In this document: piece by piece, positions 38,732 to 54,539 of the stretch | Layout of the letters: the number at the start of each line of letters is the position of its first letter | Position numbering within the stretch: position 1 is the first letter of the stretch | Assembly (NCBI RefSeq): GCF_009914755.1 | Contig: NC_060932.1 | Reading direction: 5' to 3' (one strand) | Source: the human T2T-CHM13v2.0 reference genome, Homo sapiens | Length of the DNA stretch: 64,000 nt | Notes under the pieces: generated by a model | What the model saw: the letters and a program-made list of their open reading frames with translations, nothing else | Databases searched by the model: none | What the model was told of the DNA's origin: nothing | Position numbers and translations under genes: made by a program

Positions 38732-41011
38732 GTGAGGCAGGACTCATAGCCCACAGCCCTGTGTCCTGGGGGGGCCCTGCAGGGCCCCGCTTCCCCCCGT
38801 CCGTCCGCAGGCCCACAGCGCTGAATCATGTCCCCTTCACCCTCTGGCCTTGACCTGGACCCCAAAGTCTGGCTCCCACTCTGCGCAGGCCTGTGGGATT
38901 TTTAAGATTGTGGATATTTACGGGGAAGGGCAGCGGGGGATGACTAAGATGACAGGAACTCATAGGCCTGGCTAACTTGATTTTATTTTTATCTTCCCTT
39001 CCTGTCTCTGACAAGTCCACTTTTCTCCTGAATCATCATATCAGAAACGTTGGAGAAGCCAGAATTCACAGATCAGAGGAAGCAACTCGTGGGGGGGCGG
39101 GGGGCGGGGCTTCTGGGTGTTCCCCTATACCTAGGAAATCAAAGGACAGGAGAGTCCAAGACAAAACCCCTTGTGTTTCGCATCCTTCCCGCACACCACC
39201 TCACCCTGCAGTCAAAGAGGAGGGTCCGCTGCTCTCGCCTCCTGGAAGTGGCCTCAGTTACCCTTCAGGGTGAGCTGTTTTCTCTTTAATGGCAGCCCCA
39301 ACAAGTCATAACCTCCAAATAATCACTGTTATTACTACTGCCTTCCTCCTGGGAGTTCAAAATGGGATCTCATTTGCCCTCTCACTCACACGGTTAAGAA
39401 GCAAGCAGGCAGGGACAGAAAAGAGCTTTTTTCTCAAGTTCACCTAGAGGCAGTGGCCTTGGGGTCACCCTGCAAGCTGACGATGGACCCCAGCACTTCG
39501 GGGTGGGGAGGAGGCCCTCGCTCACAGACCACAGGCTCTTTCCCCCCTTGCTCCCCATGGGGGCGGGCTTCCTCCCTTGAATCCTGGAGCTTCCGCTTAA
39601 TTTTTATTTGGCAAGGACAATATCAGACACTAACACTTTCTTTTCTATCTCTTGGCCTGCTCGATATGTGAATGTGGTGATAATCAGGATAATGCCCTTA
39701 GGTGTGAGCTTTTTCTATTTCCTGATAACAATGAGGCTGGATCAGAGCTAAAGGGGGTCTTTCACTACCAATGGGGAAGAGCCCAGAAACCCAGAGCAGC
39801 TGTCTTTTAGGTCAGGACGCACAGTGCCAATCTTTCTGCAATGAACTGGGGTTACCACTAGTTCTGCCCAATTCAGTATTTCTCCCTGTCAATTAGCTAT
39901 TTATTAAGCAGCTTTCATGTCTAAGACACCCTGCTCAGCATTGTGTGAATTACAGAGAAGTACAAAACACGATCCTCATCTTAAAAGAGCATGCAGTCCA
40001 TATGGGGTGTTGAAATGGTGATGCAAACAAGATTAACACAGAACAAAATAGATCCTGACCAGGAACAAAGTGAGTGCAAGTACAGGAAGAAAGCATGGTG
40101 AGTGAAGGGGGCGTGAAACCCAGCCCTGCCACCAACTGTGGGGTCTCAGAAAGAACGTTCTCCCTAGAAACTGAGATGGTTGGCCAGATGATCAGAAGGC
40201 CCCTGCATTTCCTGTGGATTTTTTAGAAGAAGAGGAGCTGGGAGATTGTGAACCTAAAAACCCTTTATAAACTGTAAACAGTTCTGAGATTGCTAGTGCT
40301 GGTATTGTTGCTGTGGGCTGGGCTGATTAGGCCTGTCTTCACTGGGGGATCAGGTTATGATCCAGCACCGAACATAGCAGATGAAGGAGCAAATGAACAC
40401 ACAGATAAAGAAGCAAGCTGGGCCTTCAAAGAGGGATACAATTCAGTTGCACTTTGCTCACATTCTGCCTTTGGCACCCACAGCTTCAGCTCCATCTCCC
40501 AACCTCTCACCACCCCATGGTAAGCTCCAGGGCCTGCCTCATGCCAGCAGACAGCAGGCTGGGAAGGTGAGAATGCCTGGAGGCAACTCAAAGGAAAACA
40601 CCGATATTGCTTTTCCAGGCCAGGGTGAAACAAAACCACAAATAAGGACAGCACATCTTGGGAGTGAGAGACCCTAGATCAGCCGGATAGAAACCCTGTG
40701 GTGGGACCAAAAGTCACCGAGCCATGGAACCTGCAAATAGCCAGGTTCACCAAGCTTACAACCCACAGGATTCGGAAAGGCATACAGGTCTGTTGACCTG
40801 TACAGATCGGTCCCAGGGGAGGAAATAGCTCTACTGAAATTTGTTAGGGAGACCATGTATTGGACACACCAAGGACACCCCATGTTCCTGCAACATAAGG
40901 ATGCATCCATTATCTAACATGAATTATCAGGAGAGCCCCCAACTTATTTGATTCCTGTATTTGGATCAAGTCAGAGAAAACCCTTAAAGATGGTTATTAA
41001 GAAACCAAAGC

Positions 41012-41295
41012 AGGCCCATGCCTATAATTCCAGCACTTTGGGAGGCTGAGACAGGAGGATTACTTGAGGCCAGGAGTTTGATACCAGCCTGAGCAACATG
41101 GTGAAACCCCGTCTTTATGCAAAAATTTAAAAATTAGCTGGGTATGGTGGCATGTGCCTGAAATCACAGCTACTCAGGAGGCTGAGGCAGGAGGATGGCT
41201 TAAGCCCAGGACTGGAGGCTACAGTGAGCTAAGACTGCACCACTGCACTCTATCCTGGGTGACAGAGTGAGGCACTGTCTCTGGGGGGAAAAAAA
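41012..41295 (+). mobile_element. AluJ
   Basis: Dimeric Alu, 5' slightly degenerate. Confidence 0.9.
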
Positions 41296-41317
41296 TGAAC
41301 TTAAAGTAAAAGAAACT

Positions 41318-41661
<344 letters not shown>

Positions 41662-43195
41662 TCACACAGCCAGCCAGCAGATTTAGAAACTGCTGGGTCG
41701 AGTTTTCCTCTGAGACAGTTGCTTTTTTTTTTCCTTCCCCTCAACAAGATGGTCCCTCCAGGGAAAGGTTCAGTTATACCAAATGTGACTAATAAAAAAA
41801 AATTGTTTAAAGGTTTTTCTGTAAAATCAACATTTCACTTTATATTTTATTGGATTAGTGTTTGCTAACCTCCAAAGTTTCTTGGCCAGCAAATTGGAGA
41901 CCATTTCCCTTATATAATGAGCTTCTCCTGATTGGATGAGGTGACTCAAGTCTTAGGGAAGGCAGGAGCTCGCTGCATGACCTAGGTAGGGCCCCAGGGC
42001 AGGCCCAAAGGACTGAGGCCCAGCCTAGGAGCTGCAGGCTCATAGCACTGCCTTCTGCAACAAATGGAGGCAGGACGCTTTGCTCCCGGACACAGTCACT
42101 CCCTGGTGCAATGCTATAGCCCATTGCCTCCTATCTGGGGTCCATTACCCACCCGGCAGGAGGAACTTCAGTTTGAAAGGAGAATGGAGGCCCATCTCTT
42201 TCTACTGCCTCCAGGCAGCATTTTGGGTTTTGCAACCAAAGAGAAAAGAAAAAAATCTTGAACTGTTTTTCAAATGTTCTGGGTCTTGGCAAACCCCAAA
42301 ATGCCTTTTGCCAAATGCTTTTTTCCCTCGATTTTTAAACCTCGGGTGTATTTCCAGAACAATCCAATCCATCTGCTTCTGATTCATTTACACTTAACTC
42401 ATTAGGAGGCTGTTGCGTAAGGAGCAGTTTGACGTCCCCAAGATCCCGGGTGAGGGATTCTTCTTCCCCTTTTGAATCAGAGAGAGGAGACTTGCCAGTT
42501 GGGCATGAATCACAAACCCCCCAAAAAATGGAAGCCTGGCTTGAAACGCCGAGCCCCAGGGATGAGAACCAGCTTCTCTGCATCCCTACCCATCATCCAT
42601 CCTTCTCTGCACTACCCATCAGATCATTCTCACTATTACAGCTGTTACTGTCATTAAGGACATAATCAACAGTCATAGATTATTGTGAGTGGTTTAGCAT
42701 TGTAGTTCACTGTGTGCCATTCTTTATTCATCCACTCCAGAGTCATCTATTGAGGCATTAGACAAATGCTCCCAGACAACTGTGAACTACCAGCAGGGCC
42801 TAGGGTGGAGTATCAAATATGGGACTTACATCTAAACACCCATCTCATCTTGTTTTACTTTCTGCAAAGATTGTGAATGCTACCAGGAAAGTCCAAGGGA
42901 GGCGTGTGGGGAGAGAGAAGTTTATCAGGGTAGAAAGCAAAGCTCGAGAGAGTGAGGAAGGCCCAAACAGAAGCACAAAGAGAGAAAGCCTGCTGATTTC
43001 GGGGGCCATGAGTGACTGTTCAACCTAAGCTATAGGCTTGTGTTGCACCCGCGGGAACCTATGTATTGCATAGGCTTGCATTGTCACCCCCTTCTTTAGT
43101 GGAAAAGGGGTTCTTTTCTCCATCTTCCAGTTCTTCATTAGCATCATTCTCCAAACCACCTTTATTAAAAAAGAATGCAAAATGTGTTGAGTAAC

Positions 43196-43548
43196 CAGCC
43201 ATAAAAAGGAATGAATTAATGGCATTTGCAGCAACCTGGATAGGATTGGAGACTATTATTCTAAGTGAAGTAACTCAGGAATGGGAAACCAAACATCGTA
43301 TGTTCTCTTTCATAAGTGGGAGCTAAGCTGTGAGGATGCAAAGGAATAAGAATGACACAATGGACTTTGGGGACTCAGGGGGAAAAAGGTGAGAGCGGAT
43401 AAGGGATAAAAGACTGAAAACAGGGTGCAGTGGGTACTGCTTGGGTGATGGGTGCACCAAAATCTCACAAATCCCCACTAAAGAACTTACTCATGTAACC
43501 AAATACCACCTGTTCCCCAATAACCTATGGAAATAAAATTTTTTAATA
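43196..43548 (+). mobile_element. 5'-truncated L1PB 3' end
   Basis: atggcatttgcagcaacctgg...ctaagtgaagtaactcagg...aataacctatggaaataaaa; TSD aaatgtgttgagtaac/aaatattgagtaac. Confidence 0.9.
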
Positions 43549-43549
43549 G

Positions 43550-44400
43550 AAATATTGAGTAACAACTATATGTTCAGCCCTGCCCTATGCTGGGAACCAT
43601 AGGGGACAGAAAAGGCAGATGAGGCGGTCTTCCCTTGAGGCCTTTGCACCCCATCTGGGGAAATGTGTCGTTTTCCATGACTGTATGTTTTTAGTAGGGC
43701 AGCCCTTGGCCAAATGGGTGAAGCACAGAGAAGGTATCAGAGATGTCCAGCAGGGAGAGAGGTCTCATGAGCTGAACTGGTCAGGAACAACCTCACGGAG
43801 GAAGTTGGTTTCAGAGAAGCCAGGCTGGAAGATGAGCCCTTGGCTATGCGGAGAGGAAGAGGAAGGCATATCCCTGGAAGAGGAGACAGGATGAAGGCTC
43901 TGCAGCAGGAAAGAGCATCGCAAGTTTGTGGGGTGATAAGACTCCAACTATGTGGAGGAACGAAGGCAAATCCATGGGGAAGTGGGTTGTAAGTGATTCT
44001 GCGAAGTCTGCATTTAATCGCAAAGAGCCAGCGTGAGTCACTGGAGGGTTTTGAGCAGGGAAGCATGATGGAGAAGGCATCATTTTAGGAGAGATAATCG
44101 AGTGCAAATGCACAGCGTGGACTGAGGTGAAGACAGACCGAAGGCGGGGAACCAGCTGGGAGTCTGTGGCAATCGCTTAAGCACATCACGTCAGGGATCT
44201 CAAACAAGGCGGTGACAGCAAGGAAGAAAATGAGGGAACAAATCAACTGAACTGGATGACTCAGTGGCTGAAGACCCTGAAGAAGGCAGAAGAGTTAAGG
44301 TGACACAAAAACCCAGGAGCCTCTGGAGAGAGGGCATTTTCAGCTCCAAAGGACATTGATGTAGCAGTGGCATACGTGCCAGGCAGAACTGAGTGTCTGG
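43550..44400 (-). mobile_element. L2 fragment
   Basis: Degenerate L2 (ctggagggttttgagcagggaagcatgatg...gcatcattttaggagagataatc); approximate. Confidence 0.6.
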
Positions 44401-44443
44401 CATGAGTTACCTCACAATCCTTGCCACAGAAAGGCAAAGCAGG

Positions 44444-44744
<301 letters not shown>

Positions 44745-45139
44745 GGCAAAGCAGCCATTGTTATTACCCTTGCTTTACTGTTGAGGAACTGGGACATTGA
44801 TGCGTTTATTAACTTGCCCCCAAATTCACCCACAGAACGTGTGGGACTCCAGCATTTAACCTCACCAATTGCTGCCCTGGCTCCCACCACTTCCCTGAGC
44901 CAAGCCTCCATTCCTCTCTCCCTCATCTCCTCACCTCTAATGTCTTAATCATCCTGAAATGCCTCTGCCGGCCGCATTACGTGCCTAAATCCAAATCATG
45001 CCTCGACTCTTTCCAGAACCCTCTGTCGCCATGCTAGCGTCCACAGACCTGCTCCCTTGAACACCTCCTCTGAGATTCACTGTCCACGCACTGTGCTTTT
45101 CCTGGCTTGGTCGGTTCCTGTGTTCACGTACTTCCTGGC

Positions 45140-45345
45140 TTTGCAGCTTGGCACTGGAGCTGAGTCTGAACCCCAGCCTTACCCTGAAGTAGTTACGTAG
45201 CCTTGGGCAAGTTACTCAACCTCTTCAAGTCTGTTTCCTCAACTGTCAGCTGGAGATAAAAGGGTTATTGTCAAAAGTAGATGAGAAAATGCCTGGAACA
45301 TCGAAGACACTCCGTGAATGGTATCAATCAATATGATTACAGTTG
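45140..45345 (+). mobile_element. MIR
   Basis: ccttgggcaagttactcaacctcttcaagtctgtttcctcaactgt. Confidence 0.7.
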
Positions 45346-48300
45346 TTTTATTAATAGTCTTGTGATGGACAATGTCATGTTCAAAGCTTTGGCTGTGGTA
45401 GTGTGGTAGAAATATTCTTCTGCTTGTTTTTTTATTGTTTCAACAGCTGTCTATAGCATTTTGGTATTCAGGGCTTAGAATCTGAGAATTATTACATTTA
45501 TGTCACTGCATGGAGAACAAATGTGTCAGCTGAGGGAGTCTTGTCATGGTATGCTTTAGACAGTGATGTCCAGAGCAGGGCAGGGAGCTGTAGAAGCTGT
45601 ACAGACACCCACAGCAGAGAGCCAGGCATGCTCAACCTCCCTAGGGAGAGGTGCCACCCACTCATCCCAATCTGGGTATATAGGACACAGCCCATGCAGA
45701 CAGCTAGGCTAGTCCTGGCAACATCGCGTCCTCCCCAAACACTGCCCCTCACCTCACTAGCCCCTGAGAGGAAGATATGGAGAGGGAAAAAGAAACAGGT
45801 AGAGTTCATGATTGAAAATCAGGTCACCTTTTCCATCAGTGCCCTGTCTCCTCTCTGGGTCCCACTAAGCTCTCCCTCCCTGCCTTCCTTTTAGTCACCT
45901 GTGAGGCCAGTGTCTTGGGCACCCCTGAACAGCTCAGAGCACCTCCCCAGCAAGACAGCCCAGGCCATCTCTCTGCTGCTCCTGCAACCCCTTCAAACCC
46001 AGCTCCCACCAGCTGTGCATAGAAGATGACAACCCACAGTGAGATATGAATGCATGTTAGGCACTTAGAGCAAGAAAGACACATCCTTAACCCCCTCCCA
46101 TACCCAAAAACCAATTACCAATGCAGAAAAGAAGTGAAGAAGACAAATTTTGCAGAGGAGAGGGGGCTGGTGTTTCAGCGAAAGGTATCTAAAGAAAACA
46201 CCCTACTTTTGATTCTCTTTTATGGTTTTCAGATGCACATATTTCAACAAAATGCAACAAGGGGGCTCTGCAGGAGACAAATATGGAGACAGAAACAAAA
46301 AACTAGGGGGAAGGGCAAAGGGGGAGCCTCTGGGAGTGAAGAGCCCAAGCAGGCCATGAGGAGCTGCAAGGAACGTGTTCAGGGACAGGAGCCGAGGATG
46401 GGGAGAAGGTACCCACCTCCACATGACATCGAAACGCTTCCTGCAGCTCATCTGGGACGGAGTGGCCATTCACTGTCCCGGCACAGCCAGAACCCTGGCA
46501 GGACTGGCTACTGGAAGAGAGGAGACGAAAACTTGAGAATAGAGAAGGGATGCAGGACACACTTCCTGCAGCTCTATAGGGAGATGTGACCAGTGGAAGA
46601 CAGAAACCCTTGAAGAGGTGACCTGGGGCCTTGTCCTTCCCCAAGCAGGACAATGAGTGAGTGAAACCTTCCTTTCCCCTGCAGCACCCCCGCCAGGGTG
46701 TTGGGGCTGCTCTCAGAGGAGAGAATCACTTGCGGATGGCTCTGCCTGCATTCAAGGGCAGCTAGCAGTGGGGACAGGTGGGCAGTTTTTCAGGCTCCAT
46801 GAACTGCTCATTAATCCTTGGCCCTGGCAATTGACTTTCTTTTTCTTTTTAATGGGGATTCAAGGCCAAAAATCGGTACTCTCGCACACACACACACACA
46901 TTTGAAGGGAGGGTGGCATGGGGAGTCAAACCCCAAAGCGCATCTCAGGCTTTAAACGGCACAGGCTGTGCTTGGGAAAATGTCACTGCTTGGCGGAGGC
47001 ACGGGCAGCCTGGCAGGCTGGGAGAGGCAGAGAGCGGGAACCGAATTTAGGAGTGACTGGAAGGTCGACAAGAAAGAAAAGCCAACGTGCAGCGAATATA
47101 CATAGAAACAAGGATGGCTTCCCAGCCGGGGCCCTTTCAGGGCACCCATGGGTGCCCCTGAGCTTGAAAAAGTGTCCCACATGTGTCCCCCCTGGATGCC
47201 ATCCACACCAGGCTCATTCCTACTCCTGAGCCTATTTCTACTGATTCCGGTACTTGGAAAGTTGCTCTGCCACCCTCACTGAAACCACCATTACACACAC
47301 AAATGCACACGTGCACGCACGCATGCACACACACACACACACACACGACCTATCCAATCTTCAAGGATAGGTACAGCCTCCATCTGCATTCAGACACTTT
47401 CCTGTCAAACAATATTGATCTTCCATCCTCTAGCCCTTTATGAATCTTGCCCACACCCCAGAATTTTTGAAAATTTGAGCCAAGTGTGACTTAGCGTTTG
47501 ATCCTAATCTGCCCTTGTATTGTTTCCTAGAGGTTCACGTACATCTTGTGTCTCCCAGTAAAAACAGCGTGTCACCTGAGCTCAGGCACGTTGCCACCTG
47601 CTCCTCCTGCGTGGGTCGCTATGTCCAGCACATGTCAGGGCAAACACGGAAGGGCATGGGTGGTGGGCCGGCTCGATTCAGGACCTTGCGTTCCCGACTG
47701 GGCACCAAGGATTTGCATGACTGAGGACATCCCTGGCCCTGCCAAATACCCACATATCCCTCCTCCTCTCCTCTCTGGAGCAAAGCTTCTTTTCCATGTA
47801 TTTTTTTTTCTACCCAAAGCTATTCTGCAGAGAGGCCCCTCTTTTCCAGGCTAGTCACTCTTCGCCTGATGCCTAATCAGATCCAGTGGCCCAGAGTTGA
47901 CATTTTATATCAAAAGATGTCAAAAGCTTTATACTCAAAAAACCACAGCACATGGGGGATTAGACCAGGAGAATTTAACTCACTTAAGTGCGAGAAAGCC
48001 TGGTCAGGGAGATTACAGCTATTTACCCAAGAAGCAAATATCTCTGAACTCTGACTAGGCCATGAGGAACGGAGGGCTGGCCTGGTAATTTTATTATCTT
48101 GCAGGAAGAAAAAGGAGAGGAGAAAAGGGAGAATAAAAGATGAGAGGTGATAATCTCTGAAGCTGGGATCACTCTTGTGTTGCAGCACATGCCAGAAATA
48201 AAAGATAACCACTCTTGCAATCTTGCTGAGAGATGGCCCACTCAAACAGGAGGGCCGCCTGCCTGCTGCTCCGCAGACATGAGAGTCAAGGGGTGGCCTA

Positions 48301-48415
48301 GAGGGGAACACAGAGAGATAAATGTTCCAGGCAAAGAAAAATAGTGGGGGCAGGGGGAGGTTCCAGGAAAAGAGATGGGCAACTCAGAAAGGCTGCTTGT
48401 CTCCTCTCTTCCAGA

Positions 48416-48416
<1 letters not shown>

Positions 48417-48452
<36 letters not shown>
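48417..48452. repeat. (TA)n microsatellite
   Basis: Seen directly. Confidence 0.95.
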
Positions 48453-48455
<3 letters not shown>

Positions 48456-48613
48456 TAAGTCTCCAACAATCCTAAATGCAGAGAAAATTCTCAACTATCA
48501 AGTAAAGGGACCTCAAGAGTGGGCAATATGTCAGGTCAGAGGAAAGATCACCACATCACCCAGAAAGGCAGGTGGAGGAAGAGAGGAATGTGCAGTTTGA
48601 AAAAGCACATTTT

Positions 48614-48970
<357 letters not shown>

Positions 48971-49384
48971 TTATGATTTACTTTGAAAATAAGAAAATTA
49001 CTTGCTTTTTGAATATAAATTGCAGCAAGTAACACTCAACAAAATCTCCTTAGCTGATGGGGTATGATTTTTTTTAAAACAAGAATGAGTAGAAAACACT
49101 GATTCTAGTTTGTCTTCCCCATTTTCACAGACCGGAAAACTGAAGCCCAGGGAAGGCAAGTGACTTAGGCAAGATCACACAACTGCCTCCCAGGCAAACC
49201 AGGAAAAGAAACAAAATCACAGATACTTGTGCTACCAAAGAATTATTCTTGTTACCCCAAGTTTTGATATCCCGGAATGCCAAAGAGTTTTCCCCAAGAG
49301 CATCATTCCTGGGCTCAGCTTGCAGTTTGACCACCTGGATCCTGTCATCAGCATGACCCGGGGCCGTGGTCCTTCTTGGGAGGT

Positions 49385-49888
<504 letters not shown>

Positions 49889-50368
49889 AGAAAATGTTCC
49901 ATTATTTTTCATTTCTCTTCTCCAGCATCATTTCTGAATACTTCAAATGATAAAACATCAAAGAGACCTCCTGAGGTCACTGGATGTTCATCTCATGGGT
50001 AAGAAAACTGAGGATGAGTGTGGGGAGTCCCAGCCTAACCTTCTGTCCCCAGAACATGCTGTATGGTGTGGCAGTGACTGCTAAGGGCTGACACCCGGCT
50101 CTGAACCTGCATCCCTGGGACCCTCCCCCACCTAACTACACACTTCAAGTTTAGAGGGTAATGCATAACCTGTGCCATTGCCTTTTAAAGATTGAATATT
50201 GATGGTGCTTTTATAGCCATCCTTACGGGAAACTGTTCTGGGGTCTTAGCAATCTTAGCGATTCTGTTCCTGGTGTCCTGAGGGAAGGGGCTTGAGCAAC
50301 TGAACAAGAACTGTAGGCTAAAGGTAAGAAACGTTTTCTTCATGAGTCATGAGTGGAAAAGAGAAATC

Positions 50369-50883
50369 TGAATTAGTTTCCTACAGTTGCTGTAACAAAA
50401 TACCACAAATGTGGTGGCTTAAAACCACAAGAATGTATTATCTTACTCTTGTGGAGGTCACAAATCTAAAATGGTTCCTAAATTCAGGGCTAAAATCAGG
50501 GGGTGGGCAGGGCTGTGTTTCTTTCTGGGGACTCAGGAGAAATCTGTTTCCTTGCCTTTTCCAAATTCTAGGGGCTGCCCACATTCCTTGACTCATGGCC
50601 CCTTCTGCCATCTTCAAAGCTCACAATGACCAGTCAAGTCTTTCTCACATGACATCACTGACTCTGGGTCTCTGGTCTCCCTTTCTTACTTATAAGGATC
50701 CCTATGATGACTTTGGACTCACACAGAAAATCAGGGTAATCTTCCCCTGTCAAGAGCAGCAAATTGGCAACCTTAATTCCATCTGCATCCTTAATCCCCA
50801 CCCCCACCATGTAACATTCCATATTCTCAGGTTCCAGAGATGAAGACATGGATATCTTTGGAGAACTATTATTCTGCCTACCT
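50369..50883 (-). mobile_element. MLT1 (C/D-like) MaLR LTR
   Basis: attagtttcctacagttgctgtaacaaaataccaca...ggcttaaaaccaca...attattctgcctacc. Confidence 0.85.
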
Positions 50884-52063
50884 GGTATTCAAACCTCCTC
50901 CCCATCCTTTTCCCCTTCGGGCTGACAGAGACATTGCTGCTTGATCAGAACACTCATTTCCTCCTCACATCCAGTCTCAGATTCCTTTCAAACACCATGC
51001 TTCCTCAGGCACCATGAATGCACTGGCCTTGGCATAGAAGCAGCATCCACTTGCTAGCCCTGAATTCAACATACAAAGCAAACCCTTGAACGCGGGTAGG
51101 GTGGTCTAGGAAATGCTGATCTTTGCAGGCCATCTCAGGGTTTTGGTGTAGCCCCAGCCAAAGACAGAGATGTGTAGAATCTTACGTCTCATCTCTGACA
51201 TCAAAGGGACTCCACTGGCTACAAGGACCCATCCCAGCTCTCCATCTGGAACCACAGTTGATAGCAGGACATTTTCCTGGTCAGTTTTTCTTGGGAGATT
51301 TTTTGTCTGAGCACTAAGTTATTCCATGTGGGCAATTTTCCCACTTGTTTTGGGGTCACTGGACCATACTTCCTTCTGTCACTTTCTGCTTCTGCACAGA
51401 GCACCTGCAGTGACCTTATTCCTTGCAAGTAAAGAGATGCTTTTTCCACTGAGGGGCTCCTCCTGCTGGTCTCTGCAGAGAGAATGCAGAGTCCCTGAGG
51501 GTCAGTGAAAAGCTGTGTCTGTTTCCCTCGCCCTTAGAGGGTTAAAACCAAATGCACCTGACAACTGCTGGATAGTCCAAAACTCTACCATGCCTGACCA
51601 TGAGAACATAATGGCTGCATTTGCCCAGACGTTGCAAGCCCCTGGCTCAGAAACAAACCCAACAACAGAAAAATAAAGGGTAAATAAATCTGGATGGGAA
51701 TAAAAGAAAAAAACAGGGCCGTGTGTATTGAGTGAAGTCCTTGCTCTTCTCCTAACTGGACATAGAGTTGGGACAAGTCTCTTCAAGCCTTTGTGGGCCT
51801 TTCTTTCATGTAGCCTAAAAAAGAATGTTAGGCCAGATTAATTCTGAGATTTCTGAAAACCCTCATAGCAAACAGCTTTGGCTCTCACAGCCTGGAATGG
51901 TTTCAAAAGAGAGTAACAAGAATGGTGGAGGGCTCAGAATGGTCAGTTCAGAAAAGAGATTGAAAACACTGGGAATGTTCATCCAGGAAAAGAGAGGACG
52001 GGGGATGGTGATGGTCCTCTGGGTTTCAATCAGCCCATTTGCATGTGATCCCATTAGTGTAAC

Positions 52064-52385
<322 letters not shown>

Positions 52386-53699
52386 TAACTTTCACCAGCT
52401 CACTCAGAGCGGCAGCCTGTTTGCAAGTGTCCCCCAGTATTTCTAGAGTGACTTGGGGGTGCCTCATGTGTGCTCAACACACACAGCAGTTTTCTGGTCC
52501 CCATAGTTCTACTCTCATTGGCCTGATCCAGGCCTCTGCCAGGACACAGGGCGCTGCTACCTCTTGCTGGGGATCGCTGTCCTTGCCACCACAGAGATGC
52601 TCAAGACCAGAGAACCGCAGGCTCTGCAGTGCAGTGGAGGAGTGAGCCTCTCTCCCCGTTTCGTGTTAGTCTCAAGATGAGTCCCAGAGCTGGTTCCCCA
52701 GTGACTACCACATGTTAGTGTCAACCATTCTTTCCATTTTTGTGCATAGCTTTTTTGCTCTCCATAGATCTCTTAACGAAGTCCAATGGGGGCTGAGTAG
52801 TGAGACAGATTCTGCTGTGAGCTGTACACTGGGCCATGCTCAGAACCTCTCCTTTCCTGTCACAATTAAAGCTCAGTGACCAAGTTAGGTGTTAATGCCT
52901 GGTTCCTTCTTCCTTCAAGACGAGCTCCTTCCCAGGAGGCTCCATGATCTCTGGTGCACATAGGCTTCTAACAGGCCCATGCAGCAGTTCACCAGGCCTG
53001 CCCAGACCTGCCTGAACCAGGTCTGGGCCCCATTTGGGACTCCCTGCATATTTAATGTGTGGCAGCCTGCCATGTCAGAGAGGCACTGCGCTTAAGTTGC
53101 CCAGCGAAAAGAAGACCAGTAAGCAGAAGCTACACAATGACAGGGATTGTTTTCCTCAAATGTTGAGTAAAATCTAATAGATCTGTCTATTAGAGATTTC
53201 TCAGATGGTTGTGAGTGCCCTGTAATGTGACCCATTTAGACAGATGCCTGCAAAAGCCCTAACAGGGATGTCGTAGAGAAGATGTCCTGAGTGTCAGACA
53301 TCCAGCCCTAGAAATCTGAACATCCTTCATGTTTCACTGCTGAGATGCTTGTTGGGAAAGTACCTCCTGAATTGTCCTAGAAATAGGCCCCAGGCTTCAC
53401 CACCAGTTTCATTGCCCATGGAGAATAACCACCCCAAATTCCTCTTCTGAATCTTGTACCCAAGGCTGAGGCCCTCCCGGTTTGCAAATGGAAGAGTGTT
53501 GTATAATAGCCAGGACCTTCTGCAACATGGAAGGGTACTTCCACATGACTGGGTCCAAAGAAGACCCACTGGGCATCATCATACTTTTGGGAATCAAGTT
53601 TATGCAGGAGAAAAGATGATTTGGGGAGTACAGTAGCTACGCTCAAATATACTAGGGGCTGCATGAAGCAGAAATTTCATATTTTCAGCTTAGGGAAGT

Positions 53700-53885
53700 A
53701 AAAAATGCACAATAGGCTGGAGTCAAAACATTTAAGATTGAGCTATAGTCTCCCTGCATGCAAACTGTGGAATCCCAGACAAGTCACATGAACTCTCCAA
53801 GACTTTATTTCCTCACCTGTAAAACGAGCCTAATAACACACACATTGCAAAGTTGTTGTGATAATTATGTGAGAACATTGTGACC
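53700..53885 (+). mobile_element. MIR
   Basis: ggctggagtcaaaaca...gacaagtcacatgaactctcc...tttcctcacctgtaaaa. Confidence 0.7.
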
Positions 53886-54539
53886 TGCAATTGGTATTCC
53901 CTAAGCTGAGCTTTTCAAGTGTGTCTTACCCAGCGCTCCACACCCAGTGCCTGGCATGTCACCTGCTATATATAATGCCAGCGTTCAGTAAATGGCCCTT
54001 GAATGAAATTGATGTTTCCTCAAAAGACAGAAGGCAGTCAATAGTTAAAGGTTCTAAGGAAGCTAAATCTCTCTTTAACTCAAGGAAGCTCTATCGAACA
54101 GCCAGAGCTGTCCACCAGGCTGATTCAGAGGCAGAGAGCTCTATTTCATGGAGGTATTCAATCCCAGAGCCTTGACCAGCTGCCAGAGATGCTCTAGAAT
54201 GCACTCTCCCTGTAGAAAGATCCCCATAGGATGTGAGAAGCAGAGAGTAGCAAAGCCACATTAAGGTGTAGCTACAGCACTGAAAATCTGTCTCACTCAC
54301 CAGGCAGGAATCTGCCTCACACACTGGCATCTCAGCACATGCGGTGCAAGCTCAGACCTCACCACAATCGCAAATTATGCCGTGAGCCTTAGGGACACTC
54401 ACAAATTACAGCAAATATTAAAGCTACTCACACCAAGGTCTATTGAAAACCATGTTATCTGCCTAGACATCCCAATCCAACATGCTGCAGTGTTATGGCT
54501 CCTCACTTGTATGTTTGCAGCAGGTAAGAATCGGCATCA

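Noticed and set aside
53170-53199. Short hairpin tctaataga/tctattaga
   Set aside because: 9-bp AT-rich stem, too short for a miRNA or MITE and expected by chance
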